A DNA stretch of 64,000 nucleotides, from assembly GCA_963701095.1 (NCBI GenBank), contig OY969564.1, positions 1,856,001 to 1,920,000 of the forward strand, written 5' to 3'. Positions within the stretch are counted from its first letter, which is position 1, and every line of letters begins with the position of its first letter. Shown piece by piece: positions 19,370 to 28,955 of the stretch. The position numbers and the translations under genes are program-made. The DNA comes from an uncultured Methanoregulaceae archaeon (GTDB lineage: Archaea > Halobacteriota > Methanomicrobia > Methanomicrobiales > Methanospirillaceae). The notes beneath the pieces are model-generated. The model ran no database searches. It was given only the letters and a program-made list of their open reading frames with translations, and had not been told where the DNA came from.

Positions 19370-21020
19370 TGCACGGAGAGTAACAGATGCAATAATCCTT
19401 GACGGATACGTCGATGAACCGGCCTGCCTTGGTGTGCCTCCGTATGTTTCACCGTACATACGGACAGTTGCAGGAGTTCTTGAAACCAGAGGTATTGCTG
19501 TCAGGTATATTACCATTGACCAGCTCCGGAATGATCCACAGCTGCTAAACGTTCTAGATAAGTCCGGCCTTCTCGTTGCGATTACGGGAGTAACAGTACC
19601 GGGAAAGTACATCGGAGGCACGCCGGCCACGCTCACTGAGCTCAGGCAGGTGGGACACATGATTCATGGCCCGCGGAAACTGATTGGCGGTCCGATAGGT
19701 TTCGGATATGCAGAAGAAGGCGGAAAAAAGGCAGTAAAAGAACCAATGACCGGTTTTGATACGCTGCTTGCCGGTGATCCTGCTAATGCTCTGGATCAAT
19801 TTCTTGACGGCGGTGAACCCATGGGGGTCTTCGATTACTCCAGGACCGACCAATGGAGCGTCGCTGGAGCCGGAGTCATTACCCAACACCCGGATTTTCC
19901 ATTTGTGATGTGCGAACTAGAGACTGCCCGGGGCTGTTCACATGGCGCAACTGGCGGATGCTCGTTTTGCACCGAACCATTCTATGGGAGACCTAGGTAC
20001 CGATCTGTCATCGGCATTGCTGCTGAAGTTGCTGCCCTTGCTGCCCACGGTGCCATGCATTTCAGGGTTGGCCGACAGCCGGACATTCTTGCCTATGGGG
20101 CGGGGGAAGGTGAATATCCATCACCGAGGCCTGATCGTATTGAAGAACTTTTTTCTGCGATCAGGATATCGGCACCGGATCTCAAAACACTCCATATAGA
20201 TAATACGAACCCGGCCACTATCGCCAGGCATGAAGAAAAAAGCCGGGAGGCACTTGCTGCAATAGTCCGCCATCATACGCCCGGTGACGTCGCGGCTTTT
20301 GGCATGGAGACCGCCGATCCGGCAGTTATCTCGGCTAATAATCTCAAAGCTCAGCCCGATGAGGTTTTCCGGGCAATTGAGATTGTAAACGAGATCGGCG
20401 GCGCCCGCTGTGATGGAATCCCGGACCTTTTGCCCGGTCTCAACTTCGTATGCGGACTCTCTGGTGAAAGCGCGGGTACGTACGAAATGAACGAGCACTT
20501 TCTCACGCGCGTGCTCAAATCTGGCCTCATGCTGCGGCGTGTAAACATCCGGCAGGTAATGCCTTTTGAAGGCACTCCAGCATACATGGATAACACTATC
20601 GGAAAACACGAACGTCGCTTCAGAGCGTTCAAGGATTTTGTGAGGACGAAAATTGATCTGCCCATGCTTCAACGTGTATTCCCGGTAGGAACTGTGCTCC
20701 GCGATGTGCGGATTGAAATTTCCGGAGACCTTTCATTTGGCCGGCAACCGGGTTCGTACCCGATCCTTGTTGGCATCCCTATGAATCTCACAGTCAGAAC
20801 CGTTGTGGATGTTGTGGTTGTAGATTGGGGTATGCGGTCAATTACTGCCCTTCCGCTCCCTCTTAATATCAATACTCTGCCGGCGTCAGCCCTTAGATGG
20901 CTGCCCGGCATAGGGAAGAAGCGGGCGGCATCAGTCATAGCAAAACGCCCGTTTCCCGATGTTGCAGAATTTAAAAAAATTATAGGGACCTCGCCGCTTG
21001 ATCCCTTCCTCGTATTTTGA
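19359..21020 (+). CDS. Radical SAM protein with C-terminal helix-hairpin-helix (COG1031-like)
   Basis: ILDGYVDEPACLGVPPY, ETARGC-x7-CSFC, RRVNIRQ, INT..LRWLPGIGKKRA. Confidence 0.85.
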   Translation: MTTDARRVTDAIILDGYVDEPACLGVPPYVSPYIRTVAGVLETRGIAVRYITIDQLRNDPQLLNVLDKSGLLVAITGVTVPGKYIGGTPATLTELRQVGHMIHGPRKLIGGPIGFGYAEEGGKKAVKEPMTGFDTLLAGDPANALDQFLDGGEPMGVFDYSRTDQWSVAGAGVITQHPDFPFVMCELETARGCSHGATGGCSFCTEPFYGRPRYRSVIGIAAEVAALAAHGAMHFRVGRQPDILAYGAGEGEYPSPRPDRIEELFSAIRISAPDLKTLHIDNTNPATIARHEEKSREALAAIVRHHTPGDVAAFGMETADPAVISANNLKAQPDEVFRAIEIVNEIGGARCDGIPDLLPGLNFVCGLSGESAGTYEMNEHFLTRVLKSGLMLRRVNIRQVMPFEGTPAYMDNTIGKHERRFRAFKDFVRTKIDLPMLQRVFPVGTVLRDVRIEISGDLSFGRQPGSYPILVGIPMNLTVRTVVDVVVVDWGMRSITALPLPLNINTLPASALRWLPGIGKKRAASVIAKRPFPDVAEFKKIIGTSPLDPFLVF

Positions 21021-21025
21021 ATTGT

Positions 21026-22174
21026 CTAAATCTTTTTTAACTCGGTCACTTTCAGAATATCCGTGCGGGTGACGATACCGATAATTTGATTGTCGTTGAC
21101 AATGGGTATACGGCCTATGTTCCGGATTGACATGATCCTCAAAGCGTCGATAACTGAGGCACTAGGCGGGAGAGTGATAATGTTCCGGGTCATGACATCT
21201 TTTACCTGCATCGCCTCCCGGTCTATGGGAGAGGTCCGGTTCACATCTACAAGTGTAACCATACCTACTAACGTATCGCGTTCGACAACAGGAAAACCGA
21301 GATGTTTACTTGAGTACATCATGTCGATCACTTTTGTCAAAGGCATGTTTGAAGGTACGGTGATCACAGGTGAGCTCATCATATCGCCAACAACAACATC
21401 GCGAAGCAGGACATTATACTGAACTGCCGTCGATTCGAGGCCCGCACCAATATACACGAAAAGGGCGATCAGAATTAAAAACGGGGAGAGGAAAATCAAA
21501 CCGACAATCCCGAAGATAACTGCGAATGCTTTACCGACGTTTGCTGCAATGCGTGTTGCCCGGTCAAGAGGCATCCTTGACGCGAGCACAGCCCGGAGCA
21601 CCCGGCCTCCGTCCATGGGAAAAGCCGGGATCAGGTTGAATGCAAAGAGCAAAATGTTAAGCACGCCGATGTACCCGAAGAGAAAAACGAGAACCCCCTG
21701 TATCGCAGTATCCCCGGTCATTTCGGGAACGAGGTAAATGAGCCCGCAGCAGACAAGCCCGAAGGTGAGGCTTGTAACAGGTCCTGCAAGAGCCATAGGA
21801 AGCTCGGTCCTTGGCTCCGGCATTCCCTCATCCATCTGAGAAACTCCGCCGAACATAAGGAGAGTAATGCTTTGCATCTTTATTCCCTTAGACCGGGCAA
21901 CAAGACAATGAGCGAGCTCGTGGATGAGCACCCCGAAAAAAAGGCTGAGTGTGACAATCGTCCCAAGGATCCATGGCATATACCCGGACGAAACCAAGCT
22001 GGTATTGAGTTGCATCTGTATACCCAGAAGATTGAGGAATCCCTGGAGCATTTGGGTAGTGTCGTCGATCTCACTGCCAATAATATATGCAAGAAGTGGA
22101 ATTACGAGCAAAAATGTCCAGTGGAGCAGAATCGGGATGCCAAAAAGCCGCCCGATCCGAAGAGATCCGTCCAT
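21026..22174 (-). CDS. Site-2 protease (peptidase M50) with CBS pair
   Basis: HELAH, AGP, NLIPAFPMDGGR and two C-terminal CBS repeats. Confidence 0.92.
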   Translation of the reverse strand: MDGSLRIGRLFGIPILLHWTFLLVIPLLAYIIGSEIDDTTQMLQGFLNLLGIQMQLNTSLVSSGYMPWILGTIVTLSLFFGVLIHELAHCLVARSKGIKMQSITLLMFGGVSQMDEGMPEPRTELPMALAGPVTSLTFGLVCCGLIYLVPEMTGDTAIQGVLVFLFGYIGVLNILLFAFNLIPAFPMDGGRVLRAVLASRMPLDRATRIAANVGKAFAVIFGIVGLIFLSPFLILIALFVYIGAGLESTAVQYNVLLRDVVVGDMMSSPVITVPSNMPLTKVIDMMYSSKHLGFPVVERDTLVGMVTLVDVNRTSPIDREAMQVKDVMTRNIITLPPSASVIDALRIMSIRNIGRIPIVNDNQIIGIVTRTDILKVTELKKI

Positions 22175-22227
22175 AAAGTATGGATTATCTTTTTAACCCA
22201 TATGGTATATACTTTCATCTGATAACG

Positions 22228-22497
22228 ATGGAAACCCAGATTACGGATTTATTCGGGCTTGCGATTTATACGGACAAGGGCATGTTCATCGGGGAAGTCG
22301 ATGATGTCGTCCTTGACGTGGATTCAAAGAAAATCGAAGCGCTTGTCGTGGGCAAGGTAAACGAACAACTCTTCGAGCTCAAGAACTACAAAGGGCTCAA
22401 GATCCCCTACCGCATTATCAGCGCCATCGACGACATTGTGCTTATCCGCCACCTGCCAGGTGCATTTGCCGGGTCCGGCTCGATAGAGGAAGAATAA
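22228..22497 (+). CDS. PRC-barrel domain protein (possibly CdpB-like cell division protein)
   Basis: ITDLFGLAIYTDKGMFIGEVDDVVLD..IPY..ISAIDDIVLI. Confidence 0.82.
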   Translation: METQITDLFGLAIYTDKGMFIGEVDDVVLDVDSKKIEALVVGKVNEQLFELKNYKGLKIPYRIISAIDDIVLIRHLPGAFAGSGSIEEE

Positions 22498-22588
22498 AAA
22501 TAACACAGATTTTTTTAATCTGGTGCGATCATCGGGAGGTTAATACCTCCCGCGGCTTTACTTTCTCCCGAAAAAACGGGGCAATTTC

Positions 22589-23320
22589 ATGGACAATTCT
22601 GAGATCTTCTCAAAACTCGCCACAATTCCACCTGTCTTTGTACGGCTTGACGGAAGGGCATTCCATGGTCTGACGAGGAAATATGGGTTTGCAAAACCGT
22701 TTGATGATCGGTTCTGCGAAGCGATGGTAGGGGTTTCCGTGGCACTTGTGGCCGAAAGCGGCCTTGCTCCGATTTTTGCTTATACTTTTTCCGATGAGAT
22801 CAGCTTGTATTTCAACGATCTTCCCTTCTCAGGCCGGGTGGAAAAGATAGATTCCGTTGCCTCGTCGTACGCGGCAAGTGCCCTCACGCTTGCACTTGAA
22901 GGGAATGAGCCACTCGCGTTTGATTCCCGGATTGTGCAGACTACTCCGGAATCTGCGATTGTTTATATGACTGGCCGGCAGGATGAAGCATGGCGAAACC
23001 ACTTGAATGCTTATTGCCAGCAGGCCCTTATTACAGAGGGAATGGATGGTACAATGGCTGCTAAACAACTCAAAGGTGTGCCGGCAAAGGACCTCCATGA
23101 GATGATGCATGTACGGGGAGTGAATCTTGCGAAAACTCCTGCCTGGCAGCGTCGGGGTGTGCTGGTTCATAAAAAAGAGGTGCAAAAAGAGGGCTACAAC
23201 CCAATCACGAACAAAAATGTCACGGTAACCCGGAGTATGATTATGACAGACCGGGATCTCCCCCTCTTTTCAACGCCGCAGGGACAGCTGTTTCTTAAGA
23301 ACCTTATTTGCGGACTTTAA
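22589..23320 (+). CDS. thg1: tRNA(His) guanylyltransferase Thg1-like protein
   Basis: VRLDGRAFH, YTFSDEISL, GRVEK, FDSR, RQDEAWRN, PAWQRRG. Confidence 0.92.
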   Translation: MDNSEIFSKLATIPPVFVRLDGRAFHGLTRKYGFAKPFDDRFCEAMVGVSVALVAESGLAPIFAYTFSDEISLYFNDLPFSGRVEKIDSVASSYAASALTLALEGNEPLAFDSRIVQTTPESAIVYMTGRQDEAWRNHLNAYCQQALITEGMDGTMAAKQLKGVPAKDLHEMMHVRGVNLAKTPAWQRRGVLVHKKEVQKEGYNPITNKNVTVTRSMIMTDRDLPLFSTPQGQLFLKNLICGL

Positions 23321-23426
23321 AATTGATTTTTCCCGTGACCTGGATTTCAATTATTTGTTGAATTACACAGTTCCCGCGACAAAGGTAGAATGGGGGTTAC
23401 CCCGGACTAAAAAATGTGACCTTTTT

Positions 23427-26400
23427 TCATTCAGCTTTTGAGAGCCCGATCGTCATCATAATGTTCTCGACATCCCAGTCTTTGCAAATCTGGTGAGACG
23501 GTGTTCCGTTATCACCTGTGAGGTGGAGTGATAATTCCTTCGCCCTGACCTCATCTGCTATCCCCTGCTTCCATCTGGTATTAAGCAGATTACAAACCCG
23601 TTCATCGGCAATAGTCACATCAGCAGTGATGAAATCCTCAACCGCAAGATCGAGTTGACGACGCATTTCCTGTATGCGGCGGATAACTTCCCGGGCGTAC
23701 CCCTCCGCTTCGAGTGATGGCGAGAGTGCCACATCCACGTAGACGGTTGCATCTGCCATGGGGGCTGAGAAGATATCTAGGGGTAGTTTTTCTGTAAACG
23801 TTACGTGCTCTGTGCTGATTTCGAAGGTCACATCATCTTTTGCCAGCATATATTTTCGTCCGGCATCAACTGCCGCTTTGACTGCATTACCGTCCGCAGA
23901 TTCGATGAGTCCCTTGACTGTGAAAGAATTTTTACCGAATCCTTTCCCGAGTGCTTTCATAACCGGTTCTGCATGCCAGCCAATCCTGTCCCACCGGCCC
24001 ATCACAACAGTGACTTTACGGGCGTTTGCCCGGTCCCTGCAGACCACCTGAAGCCGGCCAACTGCATCTTTAACTTCTGGCTTTTCAGTGACGATGACCA
24101 CCTCTTCAACCGGCCAGCGGAGTTTTCTTTTTCCCGCCTGACGGGCATTCTGTACTGCATCATCGAAAGAACGGACAAGCTCCATTGCGTGCTCCAGTTC
24201 GGTATTAACTAGTCCGTCATCGCAGCCCTGCCAATCGAGCATATGAACGCTCTCCGGGTCGTTCCTGCACCGGATATTGCAATAAACCTCTTCGGTGATA
24301 TGCGGACAGAAAGGAGCCATAAGACCCATAAGACGACGCATTACGTAGTAAATTGTTTCGTAGGCAAACAATTTCTCTTCAGATTCCCCTTCGAGCCACA
24401 TACGGGGCCTAACCAACTGGACGTACCACCTGGAGAGATCTTCGAGAATGAAATTGATTAGTTCCCGGGTTGCGCGATGAAGCTGGCATTCGCCGGTGGC
24501 CATTTCCACAATTCCGGCAACCGAATTTATCCGGGAAATGATCCAGCGATCTTCGTCAGGAAGCTGGCGGATCTTGGAGGTGATAAACGATGTATCCCAG
24601 ATTCCGTCTTTTGCATGAGGTTCGAATTTATCAAGGATCATATACGGAATAGGGAACCGGTATACATTCCAGAGGATGTTTACCGCCCGGTTAACGGTCG
24701 CAATGCCATCCCAGTTGAATTTGAGATCATCCCACGGGGCCGAGGAAGAGAGAACATAGAATCGAAGGACATCCACCCCTACTTTTGCTATTACCTCTTC
24801 GGGTGTCACCACGTTTCCGAGGCTTTTTGACATCTTTTTTCCTTCGGCATCGAGCGCGAAACCGTGCATACAGACACTTTTGTAGGGGGCTTTCCCAAAC
24901 GCGATGGTGCTCGCTCCAAGCTGCGAATAAAACCAGCCTCGAGTCTGATCCTGTCCTTCGGTAATAAAGTCTGCCGGCCAGATTTTTTCGAATTCAGCCG
25001 TCTCTTTGGGGAAGCCGAGAGTAGCCCACGATGCGACTGCAGAATCGAACCAGACATCGAAGATATCCTCGACCCGGTGCATTGTACCCCCACACGCACA
25101 TGGAATTGTTACCTCATCCACAAACGGCCGGTGAGGATCAGGAATACTCTTTCCACTAGCCGTTTCGAGTTCCCCGATTGTACCTATAACGCGATATTTG
25201 TCACATTTTTTACAGATCCAGACCGGTATTGGGATTCCCCAGTACCGCTGCCGGGAGATGCACCAGTCCCGGGCCTCTTTAATCCAATCATAAAACCGGG
25301 CACTTCCTGCCCACTCTGGATACCATGTGACATTTTCAACTTCACGCAGCATGAGATCCCGGATTTCCGATGCCTTCAAAAACCATTGTGAAGTCGCCCG
25401 GAAGATAATCGGTGTCTTGCAGCGCCAGCAGTGACCGTACCGGTGAACGATCCTCTCGGTTGCCATTAAGCAGTCTCCAAGGGAATCAAGTACATCCTGA
25501 TTTGAATCTCTCACAGCCTTTCCGGCAAACACGCCAGCTTCCGGCAGGAATCTCCCCGCACCGTCAACAGGGCAAACTATGGCAAGCTTCTCCTCAGTCC
25601 CGAGAACATAATCATCCCACCCGTGACCTGGCGCGATATGGACGAGACCGGTATTTTCCAGCGCGACAAAATCCCCGGCAACGATACGGTGCTTAATATC
25701 GCGCTGGAGCGGAACCTGTTCAATAAGTGGGGATTCGTACTCCCAACCAATCAGTTCGGAACCTTTTTTTGACTCTAATACCTCGAATTTCTGATACCTT
25801 CCTTTTTTAAGTACGGATTTCATCAATGATTCCGCCATCCAGAGGTATTCAGCCCGACCGCCTTTCTCTCCGCGGACCTTGGCATAAACAAAATCTTTTG
25901 CCACCGCTACTGCGACATTTGCCGGCAGTGTCCAGGGTGTGGTAGTCCAGATAACCAGGTGCTCGTCAGCCTTTCCTTTGATCGGAAACTTGACAAAGAC
26001 CGAGGGATCGGCCTCGTCCCAATATTCCACTTCCGCATCCGCGATCGCCGTTTCACACCTGGGGCACCAGTTAACGACACGGTGACCCCGTTCGAGCATC
26101 CCCTTCTCTTCGGCCCGGGCCAGAGTCCACCACGCAGCCTCGACATATTCCGGAGTAATGGTCTGGTAAGCTCCCGGAAAATCAAGCCATATACCCAGAC
26201 TCTCGAACTGATCATCCATAAGTTGCTTATTTTTTATCGCGAAATCGCGGCATTTTTCGATGAACTCCTTTATTCCGAATGTCTCAATATCTTTTTTCGA
26301 AGAAAATCCGAGAGTTTGCTCGACTTTAACTTCGATGGGAAGACCGTGCATATCGTAGCCCGCACGATCAATCACGTTTAGTCCCTTCATCCTGTAGAAC

Positions 26401-26606
26401 CTGAGGATCGAGTCTTTTATGATTTTGTTCCATGCAGTACCCAAATGGATCTGCCCCGTAGTATACGGCGGGCCATCGACAAAAAAGAAGGTTTTACCAG
26501 CTCCTCGGAGTTCCTTTACTGTTTTGTACGTCGCATGAGTGCTCCACGAGTTCTGCACCCTGCATTCGATCTCCTTTGCATTGAAGTTCGCATTGACTTC
26601 TTTCAC
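23427..26606 (-). CDS. ileS: Isoleucine--tRNA ligase
   Basis: DGPPY..HLGT, WTTTPWTLP, DWCISRQRYWG, EGQDQTRGWF, KMSKS. Confidence 0.97.
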   Translation of the reverse strand: MKEVNANFNAKEIECRVQNSWSTHATYKTVKELRGAGKTFFFVDGPPYTTGQIHLGTAWNKIIKDSILRFYRMKGLNVIDRAGYDMHGLPIEVKVEQTLGFSSKKDIETFGIKEFIEKCRDFAIKNKQLMDDQFESLGIWLDFPGAYQTITPEYVEAAWWTLARAEEKGMLERGHRVVNWCPRCETAIADAEVEYWDEADPSVFVKFPIKGKADEHLVIWTTTPWTLPANVAVAVAKDFVYAKVRGEKGGRAEYLWMAESLMKSVLKKGRYQKFEVLESKKGSELIGWEYESPLIEQVPLQRDIKHRIVAGDFVALENTGLVHIAPGHGWDDYVLGTEEKLAIVCPVDGAGRFLPEAGVFAGKAVRDSNQDVLDSLGDCLMATERIVHRYGHCWRCKTPIIFRATSQWFLKASEIRDLMLREVENVTWYPEWAGSARFYDWIKEARDWCISRQRYWGIPIPVWICKKCDKYRVIGTIGELETASGKSIPDPHRPFVDEVTIPCACGGTMHRVEDIFDVWFDSAVASWATLGFPKETAEFEKIWPADFITEGQDQTRGWFYSQLGASTIAFGKAPYKSVCMHGFALDAEGKKMSKSLGNVVTPEEVIAKVGVDVLRFYVLSSSAPWDDLKFNWDGIATVNRAVNILWNVYRFPIPYMILDKFEPHAKDGIWDTSFITSKIRQLPDEDRWIISRINSVAGIVEMATGECQLHRATRELINFILEDLSRWYVQLVRPRMWLEGESEEKLFAYETIYYVMRRLMGLMAPFCPHITEEVYCNIRCRNDPESVHMLDWQGCDDGLVNTELEHAMELVRSFDDAVQNARQAGKRKLRWPVEEVVIVTEKPEVKDAVGRLQVVCRDRANARKVTVVMGRWDRIGWHAEPVMKALGKGFGKNSFTVKGLIESADGNAVKAAVDAGRKYMLAKDDVTFEISTEHVTFTEKLPLDIFSAPMADATVYVDVALSPSLEAEGYAREVIRRIQEMRRQLDLAVEDFITADVTIADERVCNLLNTRWKQGIADEVRAKELSLHLTGDNGTPSHQICKDWDVENIMMTIGLSKAE

Positions 26607-26781
26607 AAAATCCCTCTGTTACGGTGGCGGGATGCCTAAACGTATCGATGAATATTGGTTTTTGAGGACAAATTAGTTTTCTAGTACCTTTCTGCATTTT
26701 GTTGATGTTTATAGAACGGCAGAATGGAACAATGAAATAACATCAAATCTCTCCCGGTGATAAAAGGGAGATGATTCCCAC

Positions 26782-28509
26782 TTACTCGAAGGTCAGGATT
26801 TCCGGATAAAACATTTTTATCAGGTTTTCGATGTAAATATATGATTTCTTATGATCGATATATACCCGGAAAGTGATACCGTCATTTTTTCTTACATCAA
26901 GGTAACCGGCAAGAAGCACGGGTTTTTTAAGGATTATTTTTGCCAGATCTTTTCTTTCCGCTTCAAAGACCTTGCAGTTTTCAAGTTCCCCCAGTGACTT
27001 CTGGCGCGTATCCGGGGCATTTCCGAAGAATTCATCAATAATAAATGTACTGAACTGGACTCCTTGTGGTCCGTTGAGGTCAAGATCAGGATCCCGGATC
27101 ACAAACAATCTGCGGTTGGTAGCATATACGCCATATCCTCCAGTGGACGATCCGATTGCACCTGCAATTGCCCCGCTTACGCCTTCACTAGCGATCTTGA
27201 GGGTCAGGCTTGAGATCCCGCCAAGATATTCTTCAGAAGGGCCACTCATAAAGTCCTCCTGTACTTCACTTACAGTGATCGCCTCAATAGCTGCGATCAG
27301 CTGACCGGCTGTATCCAGAACAGGAGAACATTTGCCCTGCAGGATCATAGGCCTGCCACGGATTGCAACATGTTCCTTTTCTCCGATGAACGTATCACCC
27401 ACTTTTTTTGCCGCGGGGATGAGTTTGCTCCCGCTGGCCCCCGGTGACCGGATTATATGGTCGATAAGCATATACCCGGGTTTACCATAGAACGGAACTG
27501 CATATTCCTGATTGCCTTTACCGATCATCTCTACTGCAGGGACACCGGTTAACTGGGCAAGTTTTGCGCTCCATGCAATAATCACACCCGCTGCATCGAC
27601 GGCAAAGACAGGAGCATCAAGTGACTGGAGCGTCGCCATAAGGTCGCTCCACTCCCCCCCCCCCATTTCCTCTTTTAATTCCTCGGAAAGTCCCTGTTGT
27701 GCGGAAAATGACTCTCCTGCATCACCAGAGCTACTTCCGCCAATACGGACGAGGTTTGATGTATCCCTCCCGGCAAGCTGGTATTCCTGGATTGCCCCGG
27801 CCTGCGTGAAAAACCCATGATACCCCCATTCAAGAAGGACACTCCTTCCATCACCGGCAATGACGTGATGCTGGAGGAGACAGTCTGGTTTTTCAGGAGA
27901 AAGAGTCTGGAGGTTTATAAGAATTTCCCCGCGTTCGCTGTCAGGAATAAAACCAAAGAAGTTTTCCCGGACCAGCTGACGATAGGGTTGTTTGTAAAGA
28001 TGGACACAGGGTTCATTTACAAATGTAAAGGTGCCGTCGTTTTTAATCCTGCATATAAGCTCTGCACCATTGTCGACAATCGAGTTATAGAACCTAGCCC
28101 ACGAGATCAGTTCATACTCGGCATTTTTCTGGGGGACACGTATCCTGATAAAATCGATCAGTCGTGCAACTTCATTTGCCATATCAGCACCTTTCTGCAG
28201 ATAATAATCTGCCCCCGTATTGAGAGCATCCCGTGCGATATGCGCGAGTCTTTTTGCCGTGGCCATAATAAAGATTGACTGCCCCCCTCGTGCCCTTATC
28301 TCTTTAAGAAGGGAAAGTCCGTCCATCTCGGGCATTGCATAATCCGAGATAATAACATCAAAATACTGACGGTTAAGCAGATCCAGTGCATCGGCAGCAG
28401 AAAGTGCAGTTGTGACTACCAGGTCCTTTTCCTGTTCGAGCCGTGCTTTGAAAGCATCCAGAAACAATGGTTCGTCATCGATGCAGAGGAGCGATATTGT
28501 TTGCGGCAT
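26782..28509 (-). CDS. Response regulator: REC + two PAS domains + uncharacterised C-terminal domain
   Basis: IDDE, SDYAMP, DG, YLQK receiver residues; two PAS-like segments; no kinase H-box. Confidence 0.8.
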   Translation of the reverse strand: MPQTISLLCIDDEPLFLDAFKARLEQEKDLVVTTALSAADALDLLNRQYFDVIISDYAMPEMDGLSLLKEIRARGGQSIFIMATAKRLAHIARDALNTGADYYLQKGADMANEVARLIDFIRIRVPQKNAEYELISWARFYNSIVDNGAELICRIKNDGTFTFVNEPCVHLYKQPYRQLVRENFFGFIPDSERGEILINLQTLSPEKPDCLLQHHVIAGDGRSVLLEWGYHGFFTQAGAIQEYQLAGRDTSNLVRIGGSSSGDAGESFSAQQGLSEELKEEMGGGEWSDLMATLQSLDAPVFAVDAAGVIIAWSAKLAQLTGVPAVEMIGKGNQEYAVPFYGKPGYMLIDHIIRSPGASGSKLIPAAKKVGDTFIGEKEHVAIRGRPMILQGKCSPVLDTAGQLIAAIEAITVSEVQEDFMSGPSEEYLGGISSLTLKIASEGVSGAIAGAIGSSTGGYGVYATNRRLFVIRDPDLDLNGPQGVQFSTFIIDEFFGNAPDTRQKSLGELENCKVFEAERKDLAKIILKKPVLLAGYLDVRKNDGITFRVYIDHKKSYIYIENLIKMFYPEILTFE

Positions 28510-28674
28510 AATAATGCTCCTAGTCTGTATCCAGATAGTTGCTGTTCATATTAAATAAATTATTTAATTTATTTTTTATTGTCGGGAACAGCCTTATGGC
28601 ATGCCCGATAAAGTGTCATTCTTATTAAATGAGTGTTCCTGGTTAATATAGAAAATAAAGGTATTATAACCTCA

Positions 28675-28851
28675 TTATTTGAAACAGCCAAGCTGGCACG
28701 CCCGGATTTTAATCCCGTGCGTATTGCAGTACTCACTGATCTCAGTTTTAGAAATATGGTGTTTTTCGGCAACCGCAAATGCTTGTGGGCAGGTTATCAT
28801 CTTTACGATTTTTTCCTCAGCAAATGCCATCTCAATTTTTCTTTCGTCCAT
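28675..28851 (-). CDS. Small Cys-containing protein (CPQA..CQLGCF)
   Basis: 58 aa, ITCPQAFAVAEK..IKIRACQLGCFK, a pattern I recognise from small anaerobe proteins. Confidence 0.7.
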   Translation of the reverse strand: MDERKIEMAFAEEKIVKMITCPQAFAVAEKHHISKTEISEYCNTHGIKIRACQLGCFK

Positions 28852-28955
28852 TATACCAGAATAGTAAACTTTCAAAGGTCATAGTATTTCTGAACCTGAC
28901 ATCGGCATCTCTATTTCCCGCGAGCCTTTTTTGTTCGGACTACCTATAATTATCC

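Noticed and set aside
22589..23320. Pyrrolysine-containing Thg1 as in some Methanosarcina
   Set aside because: The ORF is continuous with no in-frame TAG.
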